Shown here: piece after piece, positions 1-9,550 of the stretch
How the letters are laid out: each line of letters starts with the position of its first letter
How positions within the stretch are numbered: position 1 is the first letter of the stretch
DNA from: Lentisphaerae bacterium RIFOXYA12_64_32
Lineage (GTDB): Bacteria > Verrucomicrobiota > Lentisphaeria > Oligosphaerales > YB12-FULL-65-16
Length of the DNA stretch: 64,000 nucleotides
Assembly (NCBI GenBank): GCA_001803235.1
Contig: MHBL01000443.1
Location: 4,533 to 68,532 of the forward strand
Direction: 5' to 3'
The notes under the pieces: model-generated
Database searches by the model: none
Seen by the model: the letters and a program-made list of their open reading frames with translations, nothing else
Told to the model about the DNA's origin: nothing
Made by a program: the position numbers and the translations under genes

Positions 1-1563
1 AACGTGATCGACAACAATTACATCCATGACATGACCCACGTGTGGAACGGCGCCGTCGGGGTGCTGACCGGGCCGTGCGCCGCCAACAACCGGATCACGC
101 ACAACGAGGTGAGCTATGGCGATTACTCGGGAATGTCGATCGGCTGGGGGTGGAGCGCCGACCAGAAGTATGGATTCTACCAGGATGGCAACGTGGTGGA
201 GTACAACCACATACATCACGTGATGAACTACCTGCTCGACGACGGCGCCGCCATCTACCTTCTCGGCTGGCAGAAGGATACGCGCATCTGCTACAACTGG
301 ATCCACGATGTGCGCTCCTACTCGGGTGGATACGCCAATGGCCTCTACCCTGACTCTGGCACGTCGGGGGTCCTGTTCGAGGGCAACGTGATTCACGACG
401 TCCTTTGGGGTTTCGCGGGCAACGGCGGACATGAGTGCATCGTTCGCGACAATATCTTCGCCTTCTGTCAGCAGACCGGCATCAGGACTGGCGAGCATTG
501 GTGGGACGTGCAGGTGAAGCTCAACCCCAACCCCATCGTGTTCGAGCGCAACATCGTGTACGATGACGGCGGCAATTCCGCGCTGGTGCGGACGGGCAAT
601 GCGACCAACGCTCAGGTGATGAGCAAGAACCTCTATTGGCCGGGCACCACCCGCGCGGGCGAGAAACTCTTCTCCGGCGGCAAGGAGCAACCGCTCGGGA
701 CGTTCGCGGACTGGCAGGCGAAAGGCTACGACGCCGGATCGGTCATGGCCGATCCCTTGTTCATGGACGCCGCCGACCGCGATCTGCGCCTGCGCCCGGA
801 CTCGCCCGCCCTGAAGCTGGGATTCAAGCCGACGGACCTCTCGAAAGTCGGGCTCTACGGTGACCACGATTGGACCTCGCTGCCAAGCAGGATGAAGCAC
901 ACACCCATCGTGTCCGTGTCGGGTCCTCCTCCGAGAGGGTTCGAGTGGACCTACGATGACGAGGCGGCCGGGGCCGCCCCTGTCCATTCCGGCGAGCTTG
1001 CGCCGGGACCGACCGAGCTGAACCACAGGATCGTGGTGACAGACACGGACGCGGCATCCGGGAAGCACAGCCTGATGCTCGTGGAGGGGAAGAACGAGGA
1101 ACGCAACTTCTTCCCGTTCCTGCACTACCCAATCGGAGCGGATGCCGGCCCCATACGGGCATCCCTTCGTCTCAAGATGCCCTCGGCCACTCCGTCCGCC
1201 ATGTACCTGGAGTTCCGCGACTACGCGAACGCGGGCGTCAAGTACTTCCAGACTGGGCCGCATCTCGAGATCGATGCGCAGGGTGTGCTGACCGCCACGC
1301 CGAACGCCGGCGTGAAACTTAAACTCCCCCGCGGCGCCTGGGTGCTCCTGGACATGGCGTTCAACATGGGCAAGGGCGCGGCCAAGACGTTCGACCTGAC
1401 CGTCACGGTCCCGGGACAGCCGCCGCAGGTGTTCCGGGATGTCCCCTACACGGACACGGCATTCCTGCAGGCCGGCGAGATCTACATCGTCAGCACCGGT
1501 CCGGATGGCGGCGCGTTCCTGATCGACGACGTCCGCGTTACGACAGCCCATGGTGACGAGTAG
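1..1563 (+). CDS. Right-handed parallel beta-helix repeat protein (5' end outside window) with a C-terminal beta-sandwich domain
   Basis: Repeated Asn-ladder strings (IDNNYIHD, NRITHNEVS, NVVEYNHIHH, DDGAAIYLLG, GLYPDSGTSGVLFEGNVIHD). The typical terminal motif DAGSVMADPLFMD..RDLRLRPDSPALKLGFKP is present. Confidence 0.75.
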   Translation, partial: NVIDNNYIHDMTHVWNGAVGVLTGPCAANNRITHNEVSYGDYSGMSIGWGWSADQKYGFYQDGNVVEYNHIHHVMNYLLDDGAAIYLLGWQKDTRICYNWIHDVRSYSGGYANGLYPDSGTSGVLFEGNVIHDVLWGFAGNGGHECIVRDNIFAFCQQTGIRTGEHWWDVQVKLNPNPIVFERNIVYDDGGNSALVRTGNATNAQVMSKNLYWPGTTRAGEKLFSGGKEQPLGTFADWQAKGYDAGSVMADPLFMDAADRDLRLRPDSPALKLGFKPTDLSKVGLYGDHDWTSLPSRMKHTPIVSVSGPPPRGFEWTYDDEAAGAAPVHSGELAPGPTELNHRIVVTDTDAASGKHSLMLVEGKNEERNFFPFLHYPIGADAGPIRASLRLKMPSATPSAMYLEFRDYANAGVKYFQTGPHLEIDAQGVLTATPNAGVKLKLPRGAWVLLDMAFNMGKGAAKTFDLTVTVPGQPPQVFRDVPYTDTAFLQAGEIYIVSTGPDGGAFLIDDVRVTTAHGDE

Positions 1564-1645
1564 CACCCCGCGTCGGAGTCTGTCGGCCTGGGGCTTGACG
1601 CCCGCCACCCGAGTGTAGCAAGGGGTATCCTTGACGAGAGATCAA

Positions 1646-1744
1646 ATGTTCATCGACATCCACTGCCACGCCTACCGCAAACTGCCGCCCGTGTACTCGT
1701 TCTCCACGCCGGAGCAGGCTGTAACCGGGACGTATTGGAGGTGA
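1646..1744 (+). pseudogene. Truncated N-terminus of an amidohydrolase-family gene (32 codons)
   Basis: ATG at 1646 reads MFIDIHCHAYRKLPPVYSFSTPEQAVTGTYWR*. IDxHxH is the amidohydrolase metal-binding start. The frame stops immediately before the next gene. Confidence 0.5.
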
Positions 1745-1746
1745 TC

Positions 1747-2841
1747 ATGCAAGCATCCTACGACGCCGTCGAGGCGCTGATGCGCGGGCGGCAGGCGCAG
1801 TTCCTGCCGTTGTTTGACAGCATCTGGGGCGAGACGTTGCACCGGTGGGTGTCGGAAGGAATGCCCGCAGACGCCAAGGGCAATCCTCGCGACGTCACGG
1901 ATCAGTTCGGCTTCGACATGGTTTGTGTTGGCTGTTGTCTCAACTGGGAAGCGAAACTGGCTCCGCCCGTGGTCCTTGACGAGACCGACGCCTGGAAGAT
2001 CGTGCGCAACGGCAGCGGCGGGGCGCTCAAGTGGTGGAAGAACCGGTCCGGAACTCCGGAGCACGTCGATTTCCACATGACGTCCCGCACGATATGGGAG
2101 GAAGAGTACAAGCCACACCTGATGAAAGACCACCGGCCACGGCTTGGCGACCTCGCCAAGGCCCGAGATGCCCTTTCTCGACGCAAGGCGCAGGACAAGT
2201 GGGTATTCTTCGACCACATGTTCATATGGGAAATATTGCGCGCTTCGCTCGGCGACGTCAACATGCTCATGGCTCTGGTCGACGATCCGGAGTGGATTCA
2301 CGACTTCAACCGTACCTACACTGACCTGTACAAGACCTGCTGGCAGACCATCTTCGACGAGGTCGGTCTTCCCTCGGGCCTCTGGATTTCCGAAGACCTC
2401 GGGTTCCGTGACCGGCTCTTCTGCAGCCCGAACACGCTGCGCGAGCTCTTTTTCCCTTACTACCGTGAGATGATCGACTTCTTTCACTCGCGAAACCTGC
2501 CTGTCGTCCTCCACTCCTGCGGCTATCAGGAATCCATGATCCCGCTGGCCGTCGAAGCCGGGTTCGATGCCCTGAACCCTATGGAAGTCAAAGCAGGGAA
2601 CGACATCTTCAGGTTTGCGGAGACGTACGGGGACCGGTTCTGTTTTGTCGGCGGACTGGACGCACGCATCCTGGAGTCCGGCGACCGGCGTGCGATCCGC
2701 GCCGGCATCTCCCGCTACATTGCTGGACTGCGCGAACGCGGCGCCAGGTTTATCTACGGTTCCGACCATTCGCTGTCCCCCAAGATCAGCTACGCGGACT
2801 TCCTATACTCGCTGGATGTGTATCGCGAACTGCGACAATGA
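1747..2841 (+). CDS. Uroporphyrinogen decarboxylase / MtaA-CmuA family (URO-D-like TIM barrel) protein
   Basis: Motifs SEDLGFRDRLFCSP, VLHSCG, GFDALNPMEVKAG and FIYGSDHSL. RBS GGAGG precedes ATG 1747. Confidence 0.8.
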   Translation: MQASYDAVEALMRGRQAQFLPLFDSIWGETLHRWVSEGMPADAKGNPRDVTDQFGFDMVCVGCCLNWEAKLAPPVVLDETDAWKIVRNGSGGALKWWKNRSGTPEHVDFHMTSRTIWEEEYKPHLMKDHRPRLGDLAKARDALSRRKAQDKWVFFDHMFIWEILRASLGDVNMLMALVDDPEWIHDFNRTYTDLYKTCWQTIFDEVGLPSGLWISEDLGFRDRLFCSPNTLRELFFPYYREMIDFFHSRNLPVVLHSCGYQESMIPLAVEAGFDALNPMEVKAGNDIFRFAETYGDRFCFVGGLDARILESGDRRAIRAGISRYIAGLRERGARFIYGSDHSLSPKISYADFLYSLDVYRELRQ

Positions 2842-3019
2842 GAAGGGAACGAAGTCGCCCGTTGGGGGACACGACCAAGCTCCGTGGGTAACCGAACGCC
2901 GCGAAGGGCATCGTTGAACAAAGACCCTGCGGAATGAGGAACTGATCCTCGCCGTGTGGAAGCCGGGAGTCGGCAACGGTCAGCGGCGGCGGCGGATCAC
3001 GTGTCGCCGGCATCGCGGT

Positions 3020-3268
3020 CGTGCCGGGCGGGATCGCGCCGATGATACCGAAATCGAACGGACTGGCGCCGAGGGCCCGGGCAAACCCAACCTGTTGCGG
3101 CCCCCCGGTCAGGCACATGTACACCATGGATAGGCACCCAGCCACGATGACTCGGGTCATAATCCGTTGCATGGCGGGCGGAACCGGGGCATCCGGCGAC
3201 GGCTGGCCGACGGGCGCGTGGCTCCGGGACGGTCCGGGAAGATCGGATGTGTTCTCCGCTGAATCCAT
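3020..3268 (-). pseudogene. N-terminal remnant of an MFS transporter
   Basis: From ATG 3268 the frame reads ...VIVAGCLSMVYMCLTGGPQQVGFARALGASPFDFGIIGAIP, resembling MFS helices 1-2. It then degenerates into non-hydrophobic sequence. The end coordinate is approximate. Confidence 0.5.
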
Positions 3269-3380
3269 GAGCGATAGTGCGGTTCGGTCCCGAACCGCTG
3301 TGTTGATGTGTCCGGCCGGCAGAATTGCCGGCTGATCTGACCCTACTGTGCGTTCGGAGCAATGCAAGGCGAGCGCAATG

Positions 3381-3535
3381 CAGGGCTGTTTCAAGATCTG
3401 GCACCACGTCTCGGAAGGCCACGCCTCCGCGCACACCCGGTAGGGGCGGCCTGTCCTCAGGCCGCCCCCCCCGGAGTGGGGACACGCCGGGGGTACTCGC
3501 TGCACGCGACGGTCACGAATCTTGAAACAGCCCTG
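3381..3535. mobile_element. 155-bp MITE with 17-bp perfect terminal inverted repeats and a 9-bp target-site duplication (ISAs1-like CAGGG ends)
   Basis: Left end CAGGGCTGTTTCAAGAT (3381-3397) and right end ATCTTGAAACAGCCCTG (3519-3535). Flanking direct repeat AGCGCAATG at 3372-3380 and 3536-3544. A second partial copy is at 43578-43708. Confidence 0.88.
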
Positions 3536-3694
3536 AGCGCAATGATCGGGCGGGCAAGTTCCGTCCGCGCCCGGGGGCACTGGGGGGCACTGGGGGACAG
3601 GCACGCTGGCGGTGTGTTCTGCGGGGCACTTGCAGAGGCAGGCTTTGGCCTATACCGGTATGGGTGTTGTTGCCTAGGCCCGGACCCTGAGGCC

Positions 3695-3723
3695 GCGACA
3701 GGCCGCGGTGCAACCTGTATAAT
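3695..3723 (+). promoter_or_regulatory. Putative sigma70 promoter for the beta-helix gene pair
   Basis: GCGACA-17 bp-TATAAT, about 50 bp upstream of ATG 3774. Confidence 0.45.
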
Positions 3724-3773
3724 CTGGGTAACCAGAGCCGTTGTCACGCAACAGGGATTCATCGGAGAACCCC

Positions 3774-6173
3774 ATGATTGGTACACTCTCCCCTTGCGGA
3801 ACCGTGTCGCTGCTGCCCACGTTGACGGCAGCTCTCTGGTGCGCGGCCAGTGCGGGGCAGGCGCCAACTCCTGCGGCTTCCCCGGGCGGCGAGCGCGGGT
3901 GGCTGAACGCGCGAGACTGCGGCGCGTCCGGGTCCGAGTTCGGGACGACGGCCGCGGCGACGGCAGGATCGAAGGAGATCGTGGTCGCCGAGGTGGGCGA
4001 TTTCCGTGCCGGTCAGGGCGTGATGCTGTCCGAGTGCAATCCCCGATACGTGAAAAACGTCGTCTGGGGGCCGCGGCAGATTATCACGTGGGAGAAACCC
4101 CTCGAGAACAGGGCGGAGATCCGGGGCTACGACGGCACACAGGGCGACTGGGTGGTCTTGTTCCTGGATGTCCCCAAGGGCTCGAAGACCTTCCGCTGGT
4201 CCGAGGACTTCGCCCGTTCCTGGAAACCGACCGTTGCCATCACCGGCGACTGGCAACCGCTGCGTGACGGGCTCGAGATCCGCTTCAACCCGCACGACTG
4301 GGAGCAAGGCTACACGGTCGTCTTTGCCGCCCGGGGCCAGTTGGAGACGGTCATCGAAAAGCTAGAGGGCAACGTCGTCACGTTGCGCGACGCGCCGGCG
4401 CGAACGGTCAAGGCCGCGATGCTGCGGCACTGCGACGACTCGGGATTGCAGGCGGTGATCGACCGTGCCATCCGGGAGAAGAAGAACGTCCACATCCCCG
4501 TTGGCCGGTACCGATTGTCCCATGGGCTGAGCGTGAAGGACGCGGCGGGCATCACCATCGAGGGGGCGAATGCCACCGAGACGATCCTGGACATCAGCGA
4601 GGGTGAGGGCACGTGCATCACTCTCACCGCCGGGACGGAGGTCACGCTGCGCAACCTGACCATGACCGGTCATTCCGGGTTCAAGGAGCGTGACCAGTGC
4701 GGCGCCATTGCGATGCTCGGGGCGGGCTACTTCTGGGGATTTGCGGCCAAGTGCTGTAACGCGGTATCCATCAAAGACACGGAGCGGGTGCTGATTGAAA
4801 ACTGTCACGGCACCCGCATGTCCATGGAGTGTTTCTACTCTCAGGGCCGGTCCCGGGTCGGCGGCAAGCCTGAGCCCGCGCAGTACACCAAGGCGATCAC
4901 GTACCTGCGCTGTTCGGTGGTCGACAACGCGCGCAACGCCTTCAACAACAATGACATGGCCGAGAACACAAGTGTGCTCAACTGTCGCATCGTCGACGCT
5001 GGCGGCTGCACGTGGGAGGGCGCGTCGCGCTTCGTGAAGTTCTGCGGTAACTACGTGCGCAACTCCGGAACCGTGGCCATGGGGAACGTGCGCAGCCGCG
5101 CGGCGCACTACGAGGAACTGGGGACGGGCCAACACATTGTGACCGACAACGTGTTCGAGAGCGGGGTCTGCTACGGCGGCTGCGCCATCCGCGCCGCGTC
5201 CTGTGCGCAACAGGTGATCGTCGCCCGCAATCTGTTCGTGAACTTCGGCTCCTCGGCGGTCGAGATGCTGAGTTCGACCGGCCCGACGGACCTGCCCGCC
5301 GGCATCACCAGCGTCACCGGCAACATCTTCGACATGACTTCGCTGGCGGAGAACCCGATCCCGCGCACCGCGGTCTTGGTGAGCACGTCGGACACCATCG
5401 TCAGCGACAACCAGATCTATGTCCGCGGCGCTACGGCGGCGGATGTCACCGGCATCCGCGTTCAGGAGCCGGCTCTCAATGTGTCCGTGCACGACAACCT
5501 GGTCCGCAACTGCGGCCAGGGCATTGTCACGGCGCGCTGCTCGTCGCGCGTTGCCGAGGTCGTCGATTCGACCACGTTTGTCTCCAGGCCCGGCCAGGTG
5601 CCGTTCGAACGGCGGCAGTCGCATCGCTACCGCGGGTGGAACGTGGCGTGGCTCGGGAGCGGCACGCCGGCCGAGGTGTCCGTTGTGGCGGACTTTGACC
5701 CGGAGACTTGCCGGTTCAAGCTCGTGGAAGCCCGGGCCATGCACGTCGGCGATGTCTTCGAGGTCTTCCCGCCCTACGGCGCCAACTGGCTGATCCACAG
5801 CAACACGGTTTCGGGTTGTGCCAAACCGGTCGTACTGGACTCGTACGGCAGCGAGACGTCCATACTCCGCGACAACCTGATTTCGCGCGGCGACGCCGGC
5901 GGCGTCAGCGAGGCGGTCAAGGTTTCGGGACGATTCACGCTGAGCGGGAATCGCATCTGCGGGTTCGACGAGCAGGGCTCGGCGGCACTGGCCATCGCCG
6001 CAGACGCGACCGGGCATGCGCCGCGCAATCTCTACCTCCGTAACACGTTCGAGCGTTGCGCCGTCGCCGTGAAGGAAGCACGGGAGGGATTGTGGAAGGA
6101 AAGCGTGGCCGAGGGCAACCTTTTCCTCGACTGCGGTACGGCCCCGGCCGCGAGTGGCCGACCGGCCCCGTAG
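3774..6173 (+). CDS. Secreted right-handed beta-helix protein (pectate-lyase-like superfamily), paralogue 1
   Basis: Signal-peptide-like N-terminus, WLNARDCGASGS, CDDSGLQAVIDRA..VHIPVGRYRL (Pectate_lyase_3-like) and many Asn-ladder repeats. GGAG RBS. Confidence 0.75.
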   Translation: MIGTLSPCGTVSLLPTLTAALWCAASAGQAPTPAASPGGERGWLNARDCGASGSEFGTTAAATAGSKEIVVAEVGDFRAGQGVMLSECNPRYVKNVVWGPRQIITWEKPLENRAEIRGYDGTQGDWVVLFLDVPKGSKTFRWSEDFARSWKPTVAITGDWQPLRDGLEIRFNPHDWEQGYTVVFAARGQLETVIEKLEGNVVTLRDAPARTVKAAMLRHCDDSGLQAVIDRAIREKKNVHIPVGRYRLSHGLSVKDAAGITIEGANATETILDISEGEGTCITLTAGTEVTLRNLTMTGHSGFKERDQCGAIAMLGAGYFWGFAAKCCNAVSIKDTERVLIENCHGTRMSMECFYSQGRSRVGGKPEPAQYTKAITYLRCSVVDNARNAFNNNDMAENTSVLNCRIVDAGGCTWEGASRFVKFCGNYVRNSGTVAMGNVRSRAAHYEELGTGQHIVTDNVFESGVCYGGCAIRAASCAQQVIVARNLFVNFGSSAVEMLSSTGPTDLPAGITSVTGNIFDMTSLAENPIPRTAVLVSTSDTIVSDNQIYVRGATAADVTGIRVQEPALNVSVHDNLVRNCGQGIVTARCSSRVAEVVDSTTFVSRPGQVPFERRQSHRYRGWNVAWLGSGTPAEVSVVADFDPETCRFKLVEARAMHVGDVFEVFPPYGANWLIHSNTVSGCAKPVVLDSYGSETSILRDNLISRGDAGGVSEAVKVSGRFTLSGNRICGFDEQGSAALAIAADATGHAPRNLYLRNTFERCAVAVKEAREGLWKESVAEGNLFLDCGTAPAASGRPAP

Positions 6174-6222
6174 CGGCCATAGAGACCAATGGGATGAAAG
6201 CCAGCCGGAAAGGGAAAGAACG

Positions 6223-9200
6223 ATGACGATGCCAATGCCGCGACTCGGGATCCTGTCGGCTCTGATGTTCGCGTCGGCCTGTTCCGTCGCCCAGACGCCG
6301 TCCGCGTCCGGTGCGAACGGGTGGCTGAACGCCGCGGAATGCGGCGCGTCCGGTTCCAGGTTTGAGACGAGTGCGGCCACTGCGGTCGGGTCGAAGAAGA
6401 TCATCGTGGCGGACGTGGGCGACTTCAAGGTCGGGCATGGTGTGATGGTCTCGAAGTGTAATCCGCACTACGCCCTAGACACGATCTGGGGCCCCCACGG
6501 CCAGGTGATTTGGGGCAGGAAGATCAAAGGTGAGGCGGAGATCCGCGGGTACAACGGCGACCAGGGGGATTGGGTTGTCTTGGTTCTCGACGTGGCCGAG
6601 GGCGGCAAGACGTTCCGCTGGACCGAGGACCTGGCCCGTACCTGGCATCCCACCGTGCCGATCACGCGGGATTGGCAGCCGATCCGGGACGGGATCGAGG
6701 TGCGGTTCAACGAGTTCGAGTGGGAGAAGGGCTACACGGTTGCTTTCGCCGCGCGCGGGCAACTGGTCTCGGTCATCGACGCGATCGAGGGGAACACCGT
6801 CACCCTGCGCGATGCGCCGACGCGAACGGCCAAGGACGCGGCGTTGCGCCACTGTGACGACGCCGCGCTGCAAGCGGCGATCGACCGGGCGCTCAAGGCG
6901 AAGCGCAACCTGTACGTCCCGTGCGGCCACTACCGGCTGTCGCGCGGGCTGCGGGTGCGGGACCCGCAGGGCATCACGATCGAGGGCGACAACGCGGTTC
7001 ACACCGTGCTGGACATCAGCGAGGGGAATGATGCGTGTGTAACCTTCGCCGGCGGCACCGACGTCACGCTGCGGAACTTCAGCATGGTCGGCCACTCCGG
7101 GTTCGACAACAGCGATCAGTGCGGGTACATCCCCATGCAGGGTTCGAGCTATTTCTGGGGGTTCGCGGCCAAGAACTGCAACGCCACGACGATCAGCAGC
7201 ACGGAGCGTGTGCTCATCGAGAATTGCCACGGCCGGCGCATGGCGTCCGAGTGTTTCGTCTCCGGGAGCCGGGGCCGCGGCACGCCGGACAAGCCCATCA
7301 CGGCCCACACCAAGCAGACCACGTACTTGCGCTGCTCGGCCATCGACTGCGCGCGCAACGGCTTCAACGACGTGACGTGCGGCTCGGAGAACACCAGTGT
7401 CCTCTATTGCCGGATCGAGAACGCGGGCGGCTGCTCCTGGGAAGGGGCGGGGCGCTTCATCCGATTCATCGGCAACTACGTGCGCAACGCCGGGCCGGTC
7501 GCCATGGGCAATCTCGGCGTCGCCAATCGCGACCCATCGTTCGACTACGTCGGCGCGGGGCAGCACATCATTGCCGACAATGTCTTTGAAGGGGGCGTGT
7601 CATACGGCGGGCGCACGGGCGGGAACATGATTTGCACGTCCGTGGGCTCGACGCAGGTGATCGTCCGCAACAACCTGTTCGTCAACTTCAATTCGTCGGG
7701 CGTGATGGCTTCCGGCCGGTCGGATCCCAGCCATTACGCCTCGGCCAACACGATCATCTCGGGCAATATCTTCGACATGACCTGTGTCGATCAGAAGTCC
7801 CTGTCGCGGTACGCCATAGACGTCAGCGCCAGCGACGCCATCGTCAGCGACAACCAGGTCTACGTGCGCGGCGCGCCCGACGCCAACGTCACCGGCATCA
7901 AGCTGGCCGAGCCGACGGTGAATGTCTCGGTTCACGACAACCTGATCCGCAACTGCGGCGCCGGCATCGTCACCAGCCGCCTCGCCGCCAGGGTGGGCCA
8001 GGTGGTCGATGGTGTGACCTTCTCGCCGGAGTTCGCGTCGCTGCCGCTTGACTCGCGGCGCGAGCGCCAGTGCGAGGGGTGGCATCTGGTCTGGCTCTCG
8101 AATGGCCGCCCTGCCGGCGTCTCGGTGCTGGATGCCATCATTGGCGCGGCGAAACCCGAGACGGTCCAGTACAAGCTCAAGGAACCGCGCGAGATGAAGG
8201 CGGGCGACGCATTCGAGGCGATCCCCGTTGCCGCGAACTGGTCGATTCACAGCAACACCATCACCGGCTGCACGCGCCCCGTCGTCCTCGACTCGTACGG
8301 CGGCAGCTCGTCCATTATCCGTGACAACATCATCTCGCGCGGCGAGACGCAGGGCGTGAAGCAGGCCGTCAGTGTTACCGGCCAGTTCAGTTTCGTCGGC
8401 AACACGCTTTCCGGGTTCGACGAACCGGACGCGATGGCACTGTGGCTCGCGCCGGATCGGTTGGGTTGCGGAAGTCGCAACATATTTCAACGCAACATGT
8501 TTGATCGGTGTACGACCGTCGTCAAGGAAGCCCGCGAGGGGTTGTGGAAGGAATGCATTGCGGACGGGAACCTGTTCGTGAACTGCCAGGCGGCCCCGGC
8601 CACCGGCGGCACGGTGGTCACGCGCGAGCAGACCGAGCCTGTGTTCCTGCCGCCTCCGCCGTCACCCGCGCTTCCCGCCCCGAAACTGGCCGCGCCCGTG
8701 ACGGTCGATGGCGCCGTGGACGAGTGGCCGTGGCAGGACAAGACCCGAGCCGTGGCTCTGGCGCAGACCCCGGCCGGTGACCCCATGCCGACGCCTTTGG
8801 GCTCCGCCTGCGCCGCGCGCGACGATGCGAACTTCTACCTGGCCATCCGGCTCGTGCTGCCGAAGGGTGTGAAGCCGGTCGGCGGCGGGAGTTGGGGCAC
8901 GGGCGATGGCGTCGAGGTGTCGTTCCAGGACGGCAGTCCCAAAGCCGCGGCGCCGATCTTCCTGGTCTGGGGCGATGGCGCGGGGCGGTTCGAGAGTGGG
9001 CCGTACGGCGGCGCGACGTCGCAGCAGGTCGACGCGCTGCAAAAGGGCGTGACCTACGTCGCGCGCGCCGGAGAGGGCGAGTGGACCTGCGAGTGGAAGG
9101 TTCCGTTCGCGGCCGCCGGCCTGGACCCGGCGGGAACCGCGGAACTGCGTTTCAACATCGGCGTACACCAGGCGACCAGCGATACCTGGGGTGCGTGGGT

Positions 9201-9261
9201 CGGCACCGGCGGGGCTTTGTACCAGGTGGGGTCTGCGGGTAAGCTCGTGTTCGGCAAGTGA
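6223..9261 (+). CDS. Secreted beta-helix protein, paralogue 2, with a C-terminal CBM9/DOMON-like domain
   Basis: Same core as paralogue 1. A Pro-rich linker is followed by APVTVDGAVDEW...DDANFYLAI...GDGVEVSF...WTCEWKVPFAA...LRFNIGV, a CBM9-like sugar-binding fold. Confidence 0.75.
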   Translation: MTMPMPRLGILSALMFASACSVAQTPSASGANGWLNAAECGASGSRFETSAATAVGSKKIIVADVGDFKVGHGVMVSKCNPHYALDTIWGPHGQVIWGRKIKGEAEIRGYNGDQGDWVVLVLDVAEGGKTFRWTEDLARTWHPTVPITRDWQPIRDGIEVRFNEFEWEKGYTVAFAARGQLVSVIDAIEGNTVTLRDAPTRTAKDAALRHCDDAALQAAIDRALKAKRNLYVPCGHYRLSRGLRVRDPQGITIEGDNAVHTVLDISEGNDACVTFAGGTDVTLRNFSMVGHSGFDNSDQCGYIPMQGSSYFWGFAAKNCNATTISSTERVLIENCHGRRMASECFVSGSRGRGTPDKPITAHTKQTTYLRCSAIDCARNGFNDVTCGSENTSVLYCRIENAGGCSWEGAGRFIRFIGNYVRNAGPVAMGNLGVANRDPSFDYVGAGQHIIADNVFEGGVSYGGRTGGNMICTSVGSTQVIVRNNLFVNFNSSGVMASGRSDPSHYASANTIISGNIFDMTCVDQKSLSRYAIDVSASDAIVSDNQVYVRGAPDANVTGIKLAEPTVNVSVHDNLIRNCGAGIVTSRLAARVGQVVDGVTFSPEFASLPLDSRRERQCEGWHLVWLSNGRPAGVSVLDAIIGAAKPETVQYKLKEPREMKAGDAFEAIPVAANWSIHSNTITGCTRPVVLDSYGGSSSIIRDNIISRGETQGVKQAVSVTGQFSFVGNTLSGFDEPDAMALWLAPDRLGCGSRNIFQRNMFDRCTTVVKEAREGLWKECIADGNLFVNCQAAPATGGTVVTREQTEPVFLPPPPSPALPAPKLAAPVTVDGAVDEWPWQDKTRAVALAQTPAGDPMPTPLGSACAARDDANFYLAIRLVLPKGVKPVGGGSWGTGDGVEVSFQDGSPKAAAPIFLVWGDGAGRFESGPYGGATSQQVDALQKGVTYVARAGEGEWTCEWKVPFAAAGLDPAGTAELRFNIGVHQATSDTWGAWVGTGGALYQVGSAGKLVFGK

Positions 9262-9336
9262 TTCCCAGCACACGTGTGTGGCGCGGCAGCGGGACGCATG
9301 GGATGGTGTCTTGCCTGGCGGGTGTGCCGCCAGGTC

Positions 9337-9517
9337 TGCGACACCACTACGAGCGTGCGGCGGGTCCGTTCGTAGTGGGCTCGCAGTGCGCGGAACGGCA
9401 GTGGAGCGCCAAGAGCCCCTCCGGCGTGGCGTGCCGACCACACACGGTTGTCGCGCGGGCAACGCGGTACGCGCCGGCTGAAGCACGGGCGCAGGCTTCC
9501 GGCTGAAGCCGGGACTC
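9337..9517. repeat. REP-like intergenic hairpins
   Basis: CACTACGAGCG...CGTTCGTAGTG hairpin and two CCGGCTGAAGC units (CCGGCTGAAGCCGGGACTC). Confidence 0.4.
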
Positions 9518-9550
9518 AGGCGGGGACCCAAGAAGCGGAGAACACAGACC

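Noticed and set aside
2786-4267. ORFs 2786-3604(-) and 3362-4267(+) as full genes
   Set aside because: They run through the MITE and intergenic DNA. Only the internal MFS-like stretch looks protein-like.
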